Origin: Marsupella aquatica
Lineage: Eukaryota > Plantae > Marchantiophyta
Length of the DNA: 64,000 bases
Reading direction: 5' to 3'
NCBI GenBank assembly: GCA_973895155.1
Contig: OZ316893.1
Span: 20,464,857-20,528,856 of the forward strand
Translations under genes and position numbers: made by a program
Notes under the pieces: model-generated
What the model was told of the DNA's origin: nothing
Databases searched by the model: none
The model's input: the letters and a program-made list of their open reading frames with translations, nothing else
In this document: positions 1 through 10,683 of the stretch, one piece after another
Numbering within the stretch: the first letter of the stretch is position 1
How the letters are laid out: each line of letters starts with the position of its first letter

Positions 1-205
1 CAGCGCCATCAAACATTTGAATCTTCACAAACCCAATTCCCTCAATTTGACAGGAGTGATCATTTCCCATCAGAACTGAACCGTTTGAAATAGAGTAAGA
101 ACTGAAAAACTCACGAATGTAACAAATATGAAAAGAGCAAGCACAATCAAGAATCCACACATCATCTGCTCTCCTAGATGACGTGCACAGGGCATACCCC
201 CGGCT
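1..205 (-). CDS. pol: Copia Pol N-terminus (aspartic protease), partial, in frame with gag after a TGA
   Basis: Translation after the gag stop: SRGYALCTSSRRADDVWILDCACSFHICYIREFFSSYSISNGSVLMGNDHSCQIEGIGFVKIQMFDGA, the typical copia protease signature. Confidence 0.88.
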
Positions 206-1240
206 TCATAAAACATACTCATCATTGAGTAAATCAGCTTCTCCATCAGCCCTAGCCACATTTGCCGATGAAGTTTCCGCTGCCTTTCCCTTACAGTCTC
301 GCTTGAAGTGTCCAACTTGGTTGCACTTCCAACATGTCACCTGCCTCCTCTGAGGGGATTTACCCTTGGACTTAGATCTGGATTTAGATCTAAACTGGGT
401 TCTACGGTCCCCAGTTGGTCGCTGCATACTCCTCCCACGGTTAACATTGAGGGCAGCACCAGATGATGAAGGCTGTGACGTGATGTGCATCTTCTGCTGA
501 AGATCATCACTAAGCAGAGAACTTACCACGTCATTGTATGAAATGGTATCCCTATCACGATGCAACAACACTCGTGATAGGGACTGGTAAGATGGAGGCA
601 ATGAACTAAGAAGCTGCAGAGCCTTCGTCTCATCATTCAAAGTCTCCCCAAGGTTTTCCAAGTCAACGACCATGTCGTTGAAAGCATCCACATGGTCTTG
701 CAACTTCGTACCAGATTCCTTCATCCTGAAACTCATCAGTTTGTAGGAAGTGTAGAGCCGGTTCGACAACTCCTTGCGGTGATACTTGCTCTGCAATTCC
801 GCAAATAAGGACATGCAATCCTTATGTGCACCCAACTGCTTGATGATGGGAGGCATGAGATAGAGTGTAACACACCACACTCCCTGCTCCTGCATGCGGT
901 CCCATTGTTTCTCATCAACATCGTCTTCACGAGGGCTCAGCAGTTGGCCCATCCCTGACGCATAAAGCACTCCCTTCACCTGCTTCTCCCATAGCAAGTA
1001 GTCAGAGCGCCCATCATACTTTGTCACTTCATACTTGGGTCCCCCAAGCTTGAAAGTCCCCATCTTCTTCTTTACCGTGAGCTCCGGTAGTAGTACTGCT
1101 TCCTCCACCACACGCCGCACCGGTGATGGTATCGGTGTCACGTGCTCTTCCTCCTGCTCCTCTCTCTGCCCCTGAAACCTCCGCGGTGACCCTCGTGCTT
1201 CAAGTTCCACGTCTTCGAAAAACTCCTCCGAATCACTCAT
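206..1240 (-). CDS. gag: Copia Gag (344 aa)
   Basis: KYDGRSDYLLWE, ALQLLSSLPPSY and CWKCNQVGHFKRDC (CX2CX4HX4C) motifs. Confidence 0.93.
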   Translation of the reverse strand: MSDSEEFFEDVELEARGSPRRFQGQREEQEEEHVTPIPSPVRRVVEEAVLLPELTVKKKMGTFKLGGPKYEVTKYDGRSDYLLWEKQVKGVLYASGMGQLLSPREDDVDEKQWDRMQEQGVWCVTLYLMPPIIKQLGAHKDCMSLFAELQSKYHRKELSNRLYTSYKLMSFRMKESGTKLQDHVDAFNDMVVDLENLGETLNDETKALQLLSSLPPSYQSLSRVLLHRDRDTISYNDVVSSLLSDDLQQKMHITSQPSSSGAALNVNRGRSMQRPTGDRRTQFRSKSRSKSKGKSPQRRQVTCWKCNQVGHFKRDCKGKAAETSSANVARADGEADLLNDEYVL

Positions 1241-1932
1241 ATGAGAAAGTCACAAAAAATGTTGTTTTTCACAACTTCTCAAAAAACTCGAAACTCAACA
1301 CCGCCACGTAGCCCACAAAGCTAGGAGTCCAATACTGAAAACCGAAATCAAAATCGAAATTTGACGGAAAAGTTATTCAAATTTCGGTCGAGGTGGGTAA
1401 AACCTTGGGAAACTCCCCCGTTTTGACCACCTCAGGGAATAACCGAAATACCAAGTACAACCCGTTGTCGGAATTGCGATGTGATTGGTGCGCTGCATTG
1501 CCAACTTCAATGGCTACGACCTCGCTTGTCAACAACGAATGTTGATCAATTGCACTTGGTGTCGTCACCAAGTCCAACAAGGTAATTGATTTTGCTTAGC
1601 CTTCCTCTTTGCATCAAAGAGCCAATCCCGGACTCAAAAACAATCGTCTTGCCTCAATCTCTCCGTTGAGTCAAAACACTTGACGCTTCTCCCTCCGAGT
1701 CGATTGCCAACTTTCTTCACAAAATCCAGAACGACGAAAACTTAGATCTCTCTGCACCACGAGCTCCGTTCAACGATTTCTTCACACCGTTAGAAAGCTC
1801 TTGCCCTGATCTATCCGTTGAGCCCATAAACTCCAAGTTCCATGCGATGGAACTCTGGAAAATCCACCAACACTCAATGCTGGAAAAACCGTCATGAAAT
1901 CCCGTCACGAACACACGTCACCTCCCAAGCAT

Positions 1933-1944
1933 GCTCTGATACCA
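1933..1944 (-). promoter_or_regulatory. Primer-binding site (initiator tRNA-Met)
   Basis: Minus strand reads TGGTATCAGAGC, 2 nt downstream of the LTR 3' end. Confidence 0.95.
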
Positions 1945-1946
1945 AT

Positions 1947-2349
1947 TGTTGAGCATAGACGACGATCGCAACGGCAAGCCCATGAACCATCCAACGCACA
2001 ATAGTCGACACAAGAGATACGTGGTTCACCTCCTTGAGGCTACGTCCACGGGAACACACAAGAGAGCTTTACTGAACTCTAAGCCCGTCGGCTATACCGA
2101 GTCTCCACAGTGTAAGCTCTCCCTATCTCTCAAGTGGCTCCATAACAATGAGCCTTGGTTCTACCTCTCCAAGCACACATGCCTCTTATGATATAGTGTG
2201 CAACTTAGTTGTACCTAACCACATAGTTGTACCTAACCACATAGTTGTACCTAATCACGTAGTTGTACCTAACCACATAGTTGTACCAACCCACATTGTT
2301 GTACCAACCACGTCATACCTAACCTAGACGTAAGAGTAAATACCCAACA
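1947..2349 (-). repeat. 5' LTR of the copia element (~403 bp)
   Basis: TG...CA termini with TGTTG/CAACA inverted ends. Homologous copies at 2350-2659, 31606-31945, 44302-44654 and 52860-53085. Confidence 0.9.
2206..2310. repeat. 18-bp tandem repeat (TAGTTGTACCTAACCACA) x~5-6 in the LTR U3 region
   Basis: Directly visible, degenerating rightwards. Confidence 0.9.
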
Positions 2350-2659
2350 CTAGGGTTACAATTGTAACAGTAGTTAGGGCTTACCCTAGTTACGGACTTG
2401 GTTGGGTTTGTGATGTTGCACATTATATCCCAAGCAATGTTTGCTTGGATAAGGGTTCATTGTAACGAAGCCATTTAAGAAATAGAGAGGTCTTTTATTG
2501 CTGAGACTTGGTATGGTCGAGGGCCTAAAGTGCAGTCCAAGAGTGTGCTCCCGTGGTCAGCATAGCCTTAGTTGTGAGAACCATGTATCTCTTTGTGTCG
2601 ACTACTTGTACATTGGATGTTCGGGGGCTTGCTGTTATGGATGTCGTCTTTGCTCAACA
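2350..2659 (+). mobile_element. Diverged LTR of the same family in the opposite orientation, abutting the 5' LTR
   Basis: Ends ...GTCGTCTTTGCTCAACA, the reverse complement of TGTTGAGCATAGACGAC. Internal matches include GTATCTCTTTGTGTCGACTA and CCCGTGG. Confidence 0.85.
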
Positions 2660-3701
2660 TGTACTTGTCTGACATCTTAAATTCCTCTCCTCAACATCTT
2701 TTTTCACCTTGATAGTTTTTCCTTGCCTTGACATTTTCTGTGCGTTGGGCATTGGGCTAGTTTTCTTTCTAAAATAGGGTTTTAATTAGGTTAGCAGCAT
2801 ACATGGTATGTGAACATACACAATCCCGGGACACAATCTGGCAAAAGTTTAGTGATCCTAGTCACTTGCTAGCTGGGGGCCCCCTTTGGATCCTTTTTGG
2901 ACTGATGTGGCCATGATTTTTTGTCAAAAAACTTCCACCATCTCTTCAGGTGGTCTAGAGAATGGACCGCTTGGTCTAGCACTTTTCAAAAATGGCTAAA
3001 ACTGACTAGGTTCTACCTCTCTAAAAAGTATTGGCCAATTTTGGCTAAAATGGGTCAGATTTGCTTTCATCTACGAGCCAGTTTTCCACTCTGCCACAAA
3101 CTCCATTAGGCATAATCTAAAATACCTTATTCTAAAGATGTTCTAATTGACATTACTACCACACATTTTTATGTATTTACAAATATGCCACAATTTCTTA
3201 CATGGACCAGAAGTGCACCAACATAACCAAAGAAAAAAGTTTGACATATTTGTAAATACATCAAAAATAATGACAGTGCTATAAATCTGAACATCTTTAA
3301 TTAGTGGCAATATATGTACTCAAATCTGAATTACAAATATGTCATTGTTTCCTATATAGACTACAAGTTCACCAACATAAATAATGACATATTTACATGA
3401 ACATCTTTAGTGACAATACTTATTTAAAAGCTGTTTAGAAAATTGTCACTGATTTTTGTATAGACTACACGCCAACATAATGGCATATTTGTAAATCCAA
3501 TAAAAACAACGTGATAAATTTAAACATGTTAAAATTCGAACATTCCTTTAAGTACTGAGTGTAGTTAAAAGGTATTCATGCTGATGATTTTCTTGACACC
3601 CTGACACCTCTTAGACACGGTGGAATGTGGGTATAGATACAGTAGTACATGCGTAGATTGTCGAACCGAATTACATGCAGGCCTCAATGTCCTCTCCTCT
3701 C

Positions 3702-6700
3702 TTTTCCTATGCGGAGCAGGAGGAGCGGGGAAACGGAGCGGAGCAGCGGGGAAACGGAGCAGAGCAGCGCTGGGCAACGGGGTGCGGTGCATCGGAGGTG
3801 GGAGACCGGGCGAGGAGCGGCGTGGAGCGGGGAGTTTCGGGAGGCGTGGGGGTAATTATGAGGGTCCCCCGGCTCCCAGGAGCGGAGGTCGTCGGCCTGG
3901 GCTGACGCCCCCGGCTCAGCCCTGCGCCCGGGAAGGGCGGCCCTGAGCCCGGCAAGGATGGCCTTGCACCGGGATTGTCGGCCCTGGGCCTGGGAGGGTC
4001 GCCCCCCCCCCCCCGGTTGGGTTAGATTTCTTGCGGCCCCGGATTTTCCCCTGCGGATTCGTGCCTGGAGGCCTTGGACCTGGTTTGGCTGGTGGGGCTG
4101 GGCCCCCACCAAAGGCGGTACCCGTTCGCGCTCTGGCTCTGCGTCCGCGGGGTTTTTTCGTCTAGTCATTGGAGGCGTTCCTTCGGGTCACCAGGTTTCT
4201 GGGTTCAGTGCGGCTTGCCACTACCGGGTTGAGGTTCTTTGTCTTGGACATCCATCCCTTGTTCCTTCATTTCTGTTTTTGTTTTGCTTGTGTTTTCCGG
4301 TGTTGTTCTTGTACCCTTTTTTCATCGTTCCGTTCATTTATTTTATTTTCTTTTCCTTTGCCCCCACCCTTTATCCCAGCTTTTTCCCAGCTTTTTCCCA
4401 TGGAACTCCCCTCCTATCCTAGTTCCCCTCCCACCAGTCTTGTCCCTATGGCTTCACCATCTTCCACCCCTCGTTCAGCTCGCAGGTTCTGTCCCTCTTC
4501 CCCCCTCTTCTCCTTCTGATTCCCGTGTCCAGTGTGATGCTTGTCACAGTTGGTACCAACCATCTGGTTTGACTCGTCATCGTCGCTCTTGTCCTGCTCT
4601 TCGTGCTTCCTCCTCCTCTGTGCTCCCCCTGCCCCCCTTCATTGGGTGTTGACTCTCCCTCCTCGGGGGGGCCCGGCCGGGCATAGAGAGACCATTGCCA
4701 GGTTGCAACGGTTTTTGTGGGGGGACTGGGTTTTGCTTCAGGAGGAGTTCTATCACCGGCTTCTTGCGTTGGCCTCTCGGGCCTCTGAGGTTGAGGAGGA
4801 ACCGCTGGTCCCTCCTGTACAGCGCCGCCTTCGCCGATGTCTTTTGTTGGGACGGGAGGGGGAGTTCTCTCGGGCCGCACGTTCCTTGGTTCCCCTTTCC
4901 CCCTCTCCTCCTTCGGTCGAGACTATTGCGGCCCTTCGGTCCCTTCATCCCCCGACTTCTTGTGCGGTTCCAAGTTTCATTGGGAGTTTCTCTCCGGAGG
5001 TTGAGTTCTCCCTTTCTCGCGAGATATTTTCCTCTGTCTTCCTTCACTTGCCCCGTCTTTCCGCTGGGGGCATCTCTGGGATGAGGTTTGAGCACCTCAG
5101 GGACTGCTTCTCCCCCGATGACTCGGCATCGGGTTTCCAGAGTTGTTCCAGGTGTGTGCTCATGTTGCAGGTGGCCGCATTCCGCCGGTTGTCGCTCGGC
5201 TCTTGGGGGCGTGTCGGCTCATGGCTTTGGACAAGGAGACTGGTGGTGTTCGACCCCTGGCCATTGGGGAGGTCCTGTATCGTTTGGTTAGCTGTTGCAT
5301 TTGTTTACAGATGAGGACCCCGTTTGCATCACACTTCTTCCCCCACCAGTTCGGCATGGCCACCCCGGGCGGTTGTGAGAGTGTGGTACATGGCTTGCGG
5401 GTCATTTTGGACCTCCACCCTGATTGGGGGGTCATTCAGGTGGATGTTGCAAATGCCTTCAACTCTGTCTCCCGTCGTGTGATTTTTGAGGAGGTTCAGG
5501 ATGCTGGGGGGGAGATTGCCTCCCTCATCCCTTTTGCTCGAGCTTTTTATGGGACCCCTGCCCCCTTGGTCTACTCTGATCATCTGGCGTCTGGGACATA
5601 CTCCACCATTATGTCCGAGTCCGGCACTCGGCAGGGGGATCCCCTTGTGTTGTTTGCCTTGGCTCATCTTCGGGCCATACGGGCATCTTCCAGTGCCTTT
5701 CCAGGTTGCTTGTTCCCCTCTGTTGTTGACAATACTCACATTGTTGCTCCTGCTTTGCTTCTTGGAGATGCCTATATCCATTTTGTTCAGCAGCTTGCCA
5801 TTATTGGTTTGTCAGTACAGCCTAGGAAGTGTGGGGTCTGGTCCCGTCTTCCTCTCTCGGACTCATTCTCCCCCACTCTTGATATCCCCATTAGACATGA
5901 TGGCATTCGGGTCCTTGGGGTGTCGTTTGGGGGGTTGGCCTTTGAGCAGGAGTTTCTACAGTCTGCCTTGGACCAGGATGTCTTGCACCTTGACCAGCTG
6001 GTGGCTTTGGGAAATGTCCAGATTGCCTTCTTGATTTTGGTTTTGTGTTTTGTTCGTCGACCATCCTACCTCCTGCGGACGGTCCCCCCCACCCCAGTGT
6101 TTTTGTCCTTGCTCTCTTCCTTTGACACCACCGTGATGCGGGTCTTTGGTAACCTCATCGGTCCTGGAGCCCTTGATGGAGAGGATGGTTCTTTTGCGGC
6201 TAGGCAGGCGTCTCTGCACATATCGGGAGGTGGTCTGGGGGTGTCCTCGGCTGTGGTTGCTGCTCCTTACAGTGCGTTTCTTGGCAGTTGGGCGCAGGTG
6301 GCCCCCGCCTTGGCGTCACGTTTCATTGTGGACCTTTGGCCTATCCTCTCTGACCCGGTCATGGGAGTGGAGAACGGAGCTCTCCCTTTTCAGGTCTAGC
6401 TTCGTCATGCCCGGTCCTTATTACCGGAGGATGTGCAAAGCGTGGTCCCTGCTTTTGAGGGAGTTGTTTTGGATAGTCCCGACCGAGTTCAACAGGTGAT
6501 CTCTGATCGCATGCACCGATTCACCCTTTCTAGCATGCTTTCCGACGCACCTTCTGACTTGGTTCGTGCTCGTCTTTTATCCGGTTCGGGCGTTGGTTCG
6601 GGGGCTTGGTTATCTGCCAGCCCATTGTGGGCCCCCTTTCGTATGGTTCTTTTGTCTTCACCACTTCCATGCGCCTCCGACTTGGTCTTCCCCACCCATG

Positions 6701-7562
6701 CCTCCTTGGGCAACCCACATGCGTTTGTGGGGCGCCCTTGGATAGGGGGGGAATCCATATCCTGCGATGTGGTCATGGTAGTGAGCGGACGGCAACACAC
6801 GATGACATACGGGATGTGGTAGCCGCCATTGCTCGTGATTCCAGGTATCATGTTATGATGGAGCAACGACATGTGTTACCACCCCGGGATGGAGTTCCGG
6901 ACAGGCGTCGGGCTGATTTGGTTTTCTCTCGCGCTGGTGTTCGTGCCCTTGGGGATGTGGTTGTTGCTGACCCCACGAGTGGAGCCAATTTGGCGTCCGC
7001 GGCCCATATCCTGGGTCATGCTGCCACGAGGGCTGCTCGCCTCAAGGAGGAGGCTTATGCTACGCGTTACCCGGGGACCTTTTTTACCCGTTTTCCGTGG
7101 AGGTCTTTGGAGCGTTGCACCCGACTTTTGACCATTTCTTGCATTCCTGTGTGGTTCATTACGTCGAGCGACGGCCTTATCCACCCGTCTCTGTTATCAC
7201 AGCCTTTTTTAGACAGCGGGTGTCCATTGCACTTCAGCGTGCACAGGCCTTCACTATCCTTCGTAGAGGAGAGGCAGTTGGAGTCAGGGCGTCTAGTCGG
7301 ATTCCCTTGCTTGACCCCCCTATGCAGTTCACGACGGAGCTTTATCAGGCCCTTCACTTTGCAGTTGGGTAGTCCTTAGGTTTGTGTGTCCTTTGTTCTC
7401 CTTGGGCTGGGCTTGTGTCTGGTCTTTTTTGTTTTTGCTCTTTGGCCTTTTGGCCGTTTTTCTTGTCTTCCCTTGATTGGATTTTTTGGCCTGTGGGATC
7501 TTGTCTCCCGGTTCAGCGCCCCTCCCCTGCTCTTTGGTAGTCTGATATATATTTTTCTCATC
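3702..7562 (+). mobile_element. CRE-clade (RT + restriction-like endonuclease) non-LTR retrotransposon, near full length, decayed
   Basis: Single ORF with an N-terminal Zn finger, RT, CCHC and PD-(D/E)XK-type endonuclease. GC-rich 5' UTR and T-rich 3' UTR. Flanked by the direct repeat TCCTCTCCTCTC at 3690-3701 and 7563-7574. Confidence 0.88.
4448..7372 (+). pseudogene. Disrupted CRE-type ORF (Zn finger, reverse transcriptase, RLE)
   Basis: Motifs: CDACHSWYQPSGLTRHRRSC; GGVRPLAIGEVLYRL; HQFG; VDVANAFNSVSR; GTRQGDPL; GGLG; CVCGAPLDRGGIHILRC; HDDIRD; RRADLV...GDVVVADP. Several frameshifts, an in-frame TAG at 6397-6399, and the RT YxDD motif reads VVDN. Confidence 0.88.
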
Positions 7563-7703
7563 TCCTCTCCTCTCCTCAGTTGCTTAATCCTTCTTCTTGA
7601 GAAAGAATTGTACACAGCCAAAGTGTGCAAAGGCTAGGCAAGATTGTGACCAATTGAATGAGATTGAAAGCTCGAGCAGAGAGGGGAGGAGCAGAGACGC
7701 AGG

Positions 7704-10683
7704 ATGGCGGCAACAGCATCGAAGTGGCTGCGAGAATTGGGAGGAAGGAGCAACGGAAGTGGTCGAAATCTCGAGCTTCTTCTTCGCCGAGCAATTCTTG
7801 GTCATGTGAGCCATTCGAGCAGCAACAGAGGCATCAACAGCCATCAATGCGACCGTCGTCACTTCGCTGCAAAGCGTTGTGGTCCATCATCCTCTGATTG
7901 GTCCTTCACGCCTACAGTTGCTGCTGCATTTGGGGCGGCATCGTCTTCTCTGCACCACAATCGGCTCCCTGGAGGAAATTTGCTGCTCTTCGGTGGAGCG
8001 CCGGGAACGGGAAAGATCTCGAGAGTGGGATGGGATTCTGCGCTGGGCCGGTCTGTGGCAGCTTTCTCTCGCATTTCTCCTCCCCCTCCCCAAAAAACTT
8101 CAACAAGCGTTGGCGAATCGACCAAAATTGCTCCTGTAAGACTTTGTACAAGACATTTCCCGAACACAGTCTGGCTCGTGTTTTATTTGAATTCTAGTTC
8201 CTCGGATTTGTTTGTCTCTGCCTCCTTATTGATGTTTGTTTTTAACTGTTTTCCTTGGTTTGTTTTAGTTACTTAATTTGTTTTTTTCGGGGGGTCTAGT
8301 CTTTCCTACTGAGGATTTGTTTGAGACACCGTTTCTGTTGTGGGGAGATCCTACTGCTTTTAAGCTCATCACAAGAGAGGTGCTCTGCCTTTTTATTCCT
8401 TTTGCATTTTGACAGAGGCTTTTCTGACAGAGGGTTTTTCATTATCGGGTCATTTAGACTGGTAGTGTATGTTGTTTACACAGAATCTTTGTGAGTCGCC
8501 AAAGTCATTCTCGAACTATTACCGTCCCAGTCACTCTCACAAGGGAGCTGCTCTGCCTCTTATTCTTCGTGTTTCTTTGGGTAAAGGAACTCTTGTGACA
8601 TTGTCTCTTGTCTTATGTCATTGTCAGGTCGTTTAGTTAGCTGAGAAGGAGACTTCAGTGGCACACCATATTGTCTCGAACGGAGAATTACGAGGCCTAA
8701 ATGATTTGATAGGACATACGATGTGAAGCCCAGTTCCTGCCGCTTTTGAAGGTTTCTGACGGTTTTATTGTAAATGTGTACTAATGACTGGATTTGTTGC
8801 TAGGACTTAAAATTACTGTTGGTCTTGACGGCTTCTGTATAGGTGATACGTAGTGTTGCTTAGCTTACCCTGTGCTTTGATCGATGTCCTGCGTGTTTTT
8901 TGTGGTTGTGTAGCAAAAATCTGAAGAAAAGAAAACGACTGAAGAGAAGAACTTGAGTGCAAGAATCAAGGATCTTTTCTCAGCTCTGGAAGAAGTTCCT
9001 TTGGCTCCTTTAGGCTTGGGTCTGGCTGGAGCCATCCCGTTTGTCGGTTTGGCACCTGGCATTGCCTCACTTCTCCCTATGCCAGTAAGTTCCTACTCCC
9101 CAGTGTTTGTTGATCAAGCTGGAGCTTTATTCTTTTAATTACGTCGTAGAGAAGTCCTGCAACGTCCTGATCCCTCCCTTCTTTCACTACTTCCAATAGG
9201 ACATTAAGTTGATATCATTGAGTACTTCTGAGATGTCAGATTACAAATTCAATGAAACCAAAAGCAAAAGCGTAAATTAACGAAGAGTTGTGGGCATGTT
9301 TTCCTCTTACACTGCAGTACTAGTCCATGAGGGTTATTCTAAAAACGACTGCAATGTAAGCAGTTTGTGTGGTTTGATCAAGATGGGTGTAGGATGCATT
9401 GTTTGTCATCCATATTGAAGCACAAGCGGCATATGCTGCTGTAATTTTGACATTTTTAGGTGGTCCTCATTGGGGTCTGGCAATGGCAGGCGCTGATTGT
9501 AAGTATTCATGTGCTTAGAAGTTCCTGAGTGTTTTCAGCCTGGCTTTGCACCTCCACAGTATTTACATAGTATCCCCCTTCCATTGCTGTTGATATTTGG
9601 GCCACTACTGTAGAAGTCTATCATCCGTGGTTTAATTGGATGAGAGGCTATCAAATGTGTTTTACTCATTTTCGCCGCAAACTTGTTCTGGGCACTGTCA
9701 TTCGAGTGGAATTCGGAAATACGGATTGTTTGGCACGCTCTGTGTTTTAGAGCTGAGAATTTCAAGGGCACGGTTTGTGCTACAGGGTCCCAAAGTTCAA
9801 ATTTATCGAAACGAACACTCAATAATGTTCGGTGAGTGATACACTGACGCCCAAATGTTTGGCTCGTAGTAAGTTTTTGCTGGCTTTAGCTAGTTGCTCT
9901 TTCTGAATGAATACTGTGTGTCAGTTGAGAGTAGCTGTGAGTGAAATCCATCTTTTGTTAAGCACGCCCAACTTGCATCGACATCTGACTAGTATGCCTG
10001 GGCAGGTACGGATGGAGTGTAGTACCATCCTTGGTGGCCTGGCCTGCTCTGCTGCTAAGTCCTGTGCCGAAGCTGGCTGTTCTCGCAACTTCTTTTGTCG
10101 TGGTATTCTTCGGTCCATCCTTTTTTAGTAGTTAGTCCAGAAACGGTCAGCACATTAAACTCGCATCTTGATGTCTGGTTGTCGATTGTGAACACCCAAC
10201 GATTTAAGGAACTGTGTTTATTTTGGGCTTCCCGATTTGCTGAACTTCGTGACCTGGACCTTTTCTCTTTAAAGTTCGATATCAATGAATGAGACACCAA
10301 ACTGGGTACGTTAATCACGATGCTTCATTCAAAGTTCTGCATGGAAGAATAATCTCGGGTGCATTGTCTCTTGAAGGCCCTTGGTGTAGATGCTCTATTT
10401 GCAAGAAACTTACTCCTCCCTTCCTGGTAAGCCCTTCATAACACTTGTTGAGGGCATAATGCTTCACAAGTATATGCAACTTCATTGACGGGATTTCTGT
10501 TCAGTAAGGCTGCTGAGAAAATAACATGGATTGAAGCTAAACATCTTGACTTCTTAGATGCTTTGTTGATCATATCGCTTTTCCAGGTACATGCCAATGC
10601 GATACATGCTTACAGGCATTGCCACGCTCAGTTTAACATCATCTCTTCTTGTGACTGCTGCTGGGAGCGTCATCCACCATTAG
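7704..10683 (+). CDS. DUF3429/TMEM69-like membrane protein with an N-terminal organellar-targeting-like extension (7 exons)
   Basis: Exons ~7704-8135, 8914-9084, 9393-9498, 9786-9831, 10006-10102, 10377-10426, 10588-10683 join in frame via GT-AG introns. Motifs LGLAGAIPF, AYAAVILTFLGGPHWGLAM, YGWSVVPSLVAWPALL, LPSWYMPMRYMLT. Confidence 0.85.

Larger units (their letters stand above)
1..2349 (-). mobile_element. Ty1/copia LTR retrotransposon, 5' portion (5' LTR, PBS, gag, start of pol); continues beyond the left window edge
   Basis: LTR 1947-2349 reads TGTTG...CAACA on the minus strand. tRNA-iMet PBS lies 2 nt inside it. Gag has a copia UBN2-like core and CCHC knuckle, followed in frame by a copia protease motif (WILDCACSFHIC). 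Confidence 0.95.

Noticed and set aside
3565-4652. Many overlapping ORFs in the CRE 5' region
   Set aside because: A by-product of high GC and T-rich low complexity; no recognisable domains other than the Zn finger of the main ORF.
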